Origin: Thermodesulfobacteriota bacterium
Lineage (GTDB): Bacteria > Desulfobacterota_D > UBA1144 > Nemesobacterales > N074bin48
Direction of reading: 5' to 3'
NCBI GenBank assembly: GCA_041572575.1
Contig: JBFFSH010000020.1
Coordinates: forward strand, 1 to 40,283
DNA length: 40,283 bases
The position numbers and the translations under genes were made by a program. Under the pieces are notes generated by a model, which did not search any database, had not been told where the DNA came from, and saw only the letters and a list, made by a program, of their open reading frames with translations. Shown here one piece after another: positions 39,288 through 40,283 of this stretch. Position 1 is the first letter of the stretch. The number at the start of each line of letters is the position of its first letter.

Positions 39288-40283
39288 TTTACATATAAAT
39301 TCATTGTAGGTTTATTCAGTCTATACATCTTTTCAGTTGCTGCTCCCATACATACCTCTGAGAGCTTGCCATCCAAGTGGTTGCACGCTTCTAATGCAGA
39401 GGATTCCTTCATATCAGACAATTTTTCTATAACTCCTTCAACACACATAACTTTATCCTCATAATCACCTTGATTACAAAGTTTTGTAATATTAGAAGGC
39501 TTTCTGGATACACTAACTATGTACATTAATCCCAGCCCATGAAAACATCCTCTTCTTTCAATATCAGGAAGATTCATACATTTGTTTATCAATTCTGTTC
39601 TATCTATCTTTAATTTAGATCTTATCAAGGGAAACATATACCTATAACATGCAGCTGGATATCTGTTATATTTATCACACGGGTAAAAATCTGTAATATC
39701 TTCATTCATATTCATTTCAGATTCATGAGAATGATGATGGTGGTGTGAATGTTCATTCTTTTGATTAGTCGATACAGGAAGTTTTTGCCTCTTATTTCTG
39801 AGGTTATCTCTATACTCCATAAACACCCCTGTGGCACAGTAGTAGCTAAAGGATTTATCTGTAAATGTATCACAAGCATCTATTGATTTTCTAATATCAT
39901 GACCAGAAACAATCATAAAAGCATGACCCAGACCGTGCATACAGTTACCCTTCTTATGAAGTTTATTCATTTGTTCTGATTCACAGAATGTTTTGGATAA
40001 GGAAATAATCTCTTCAATGCTTTTACTTCCAAATGCTTCTGTTACCACACCATGCATACATGCATTTGTACATCTGTTCCCGCAAACTGCAAGCGACTTA
40101 TTAATATCTTTTATCCTGGAGTAAGTTACTTTTCCTACATCATGTGCCTGACTATGGCAAAGAGTGTACTTTTCCTCAAGAAATTCCAACATTGCAACGG
40201 GCCCTATAATATCATAATACTTCTCATATAGAGGCCTTTTAGTACGAGTATCATTATATTGATTTTTAAATTCTTGCTGTAAC
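39284..40283 (-). CDS. Cys/His-rich helical-repeat hypothetical protein, 5' end outside the window
   Basis: The frame stays open from 40282 (LQQEFKNQYNDTRTKRPLYEKYYDIIGPVAM...). Motifs CHSQAHDVG, CMHG, CMHGLGH, CATGVFME, CFHGLG, CVEGVIE; HSHHHHHSH tract. Confidence 0.8.
   Translation of the reverse strand, partial: LQQEFKNQYNDTRTKRPLYEKYYDIIGPVAMLEFLEEKYTLCHSQAHDVGKVTYSRIKDINKSLAVCGNRCTNACMHGVVTEAFGSKSIEEIISLSKTFCESEQMNKLHKKGNCMHGLGHAFMIVSGHDIRKSIDACDTFTDKSFSYYCATGVFMEYRDNLRNKRQKLPVSTNQKNEHSHHHHHSHESEMNMNEDITDFYPCDKYNRYPAACYRYMFPLIRSKLKIDRTELINKCMNLPDIERRGCFHGLGLMYIVSVSRKPSNITKLCNQGDYEDKVMCVEGVIEKLSDMKESSALEACNHLDGKLSEVCMGAATEKMYRLNKPTMNLYVN

Noticed and set aside
1..40283. tRNA, rRNA, CRISPR array or alternative genetic code
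   Set aside because: No cloverleaf or repeat-spacer pattern seen, and the conserved genes translate full-length under code 11.

Overview
A gene-dense, AT-rich (roughly 30-33% GC by eye) bacterial chromosomal segment, mostly housekeeping, with a deltaproteobacteria-like gene order (Desulfobacterota/Dadabacteria-like is my inference, not established). It opens with the last 137 bp of an IS3-family insertion sequence that the ORF track misses. Then come a FmdB zinc-ribbon gene, an SDR, comEA, PBP1A and cysK; the long ftsH-folP-cdaA-cdaR-glmM-pdxJ-acpS-HIT-folC-HDAC run; a minus-strand rsmB-rpe operon ending in a DnaD-like gene plus a Zn-finger DnaC/IstB-like AAA+ ATPase; metK-ahcY-xerD-S2P-scpA-scpB; ybeY and der. 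The right third is more accessory: a GT4, an acidic lipoprotein, a DUF853 ATPase, DUF4332, two MBL hydrolases, an orphan REC-PAS-REC-LuxR regulator with a 550-bp AT-rich control region, fetAB-like ABC genes, ArsR-GNAT, M20-CbiX-HAD and a truncated Cys/His-repeat protein. The best candidate for an undescribed system is the DnaD-like + DnaC-like pair in a core operon, a possible independently domesticated helicase-loading module. No rRNA, tRNA or CRISPR array was seen. All calls come from reading motifs; no database searches were run.
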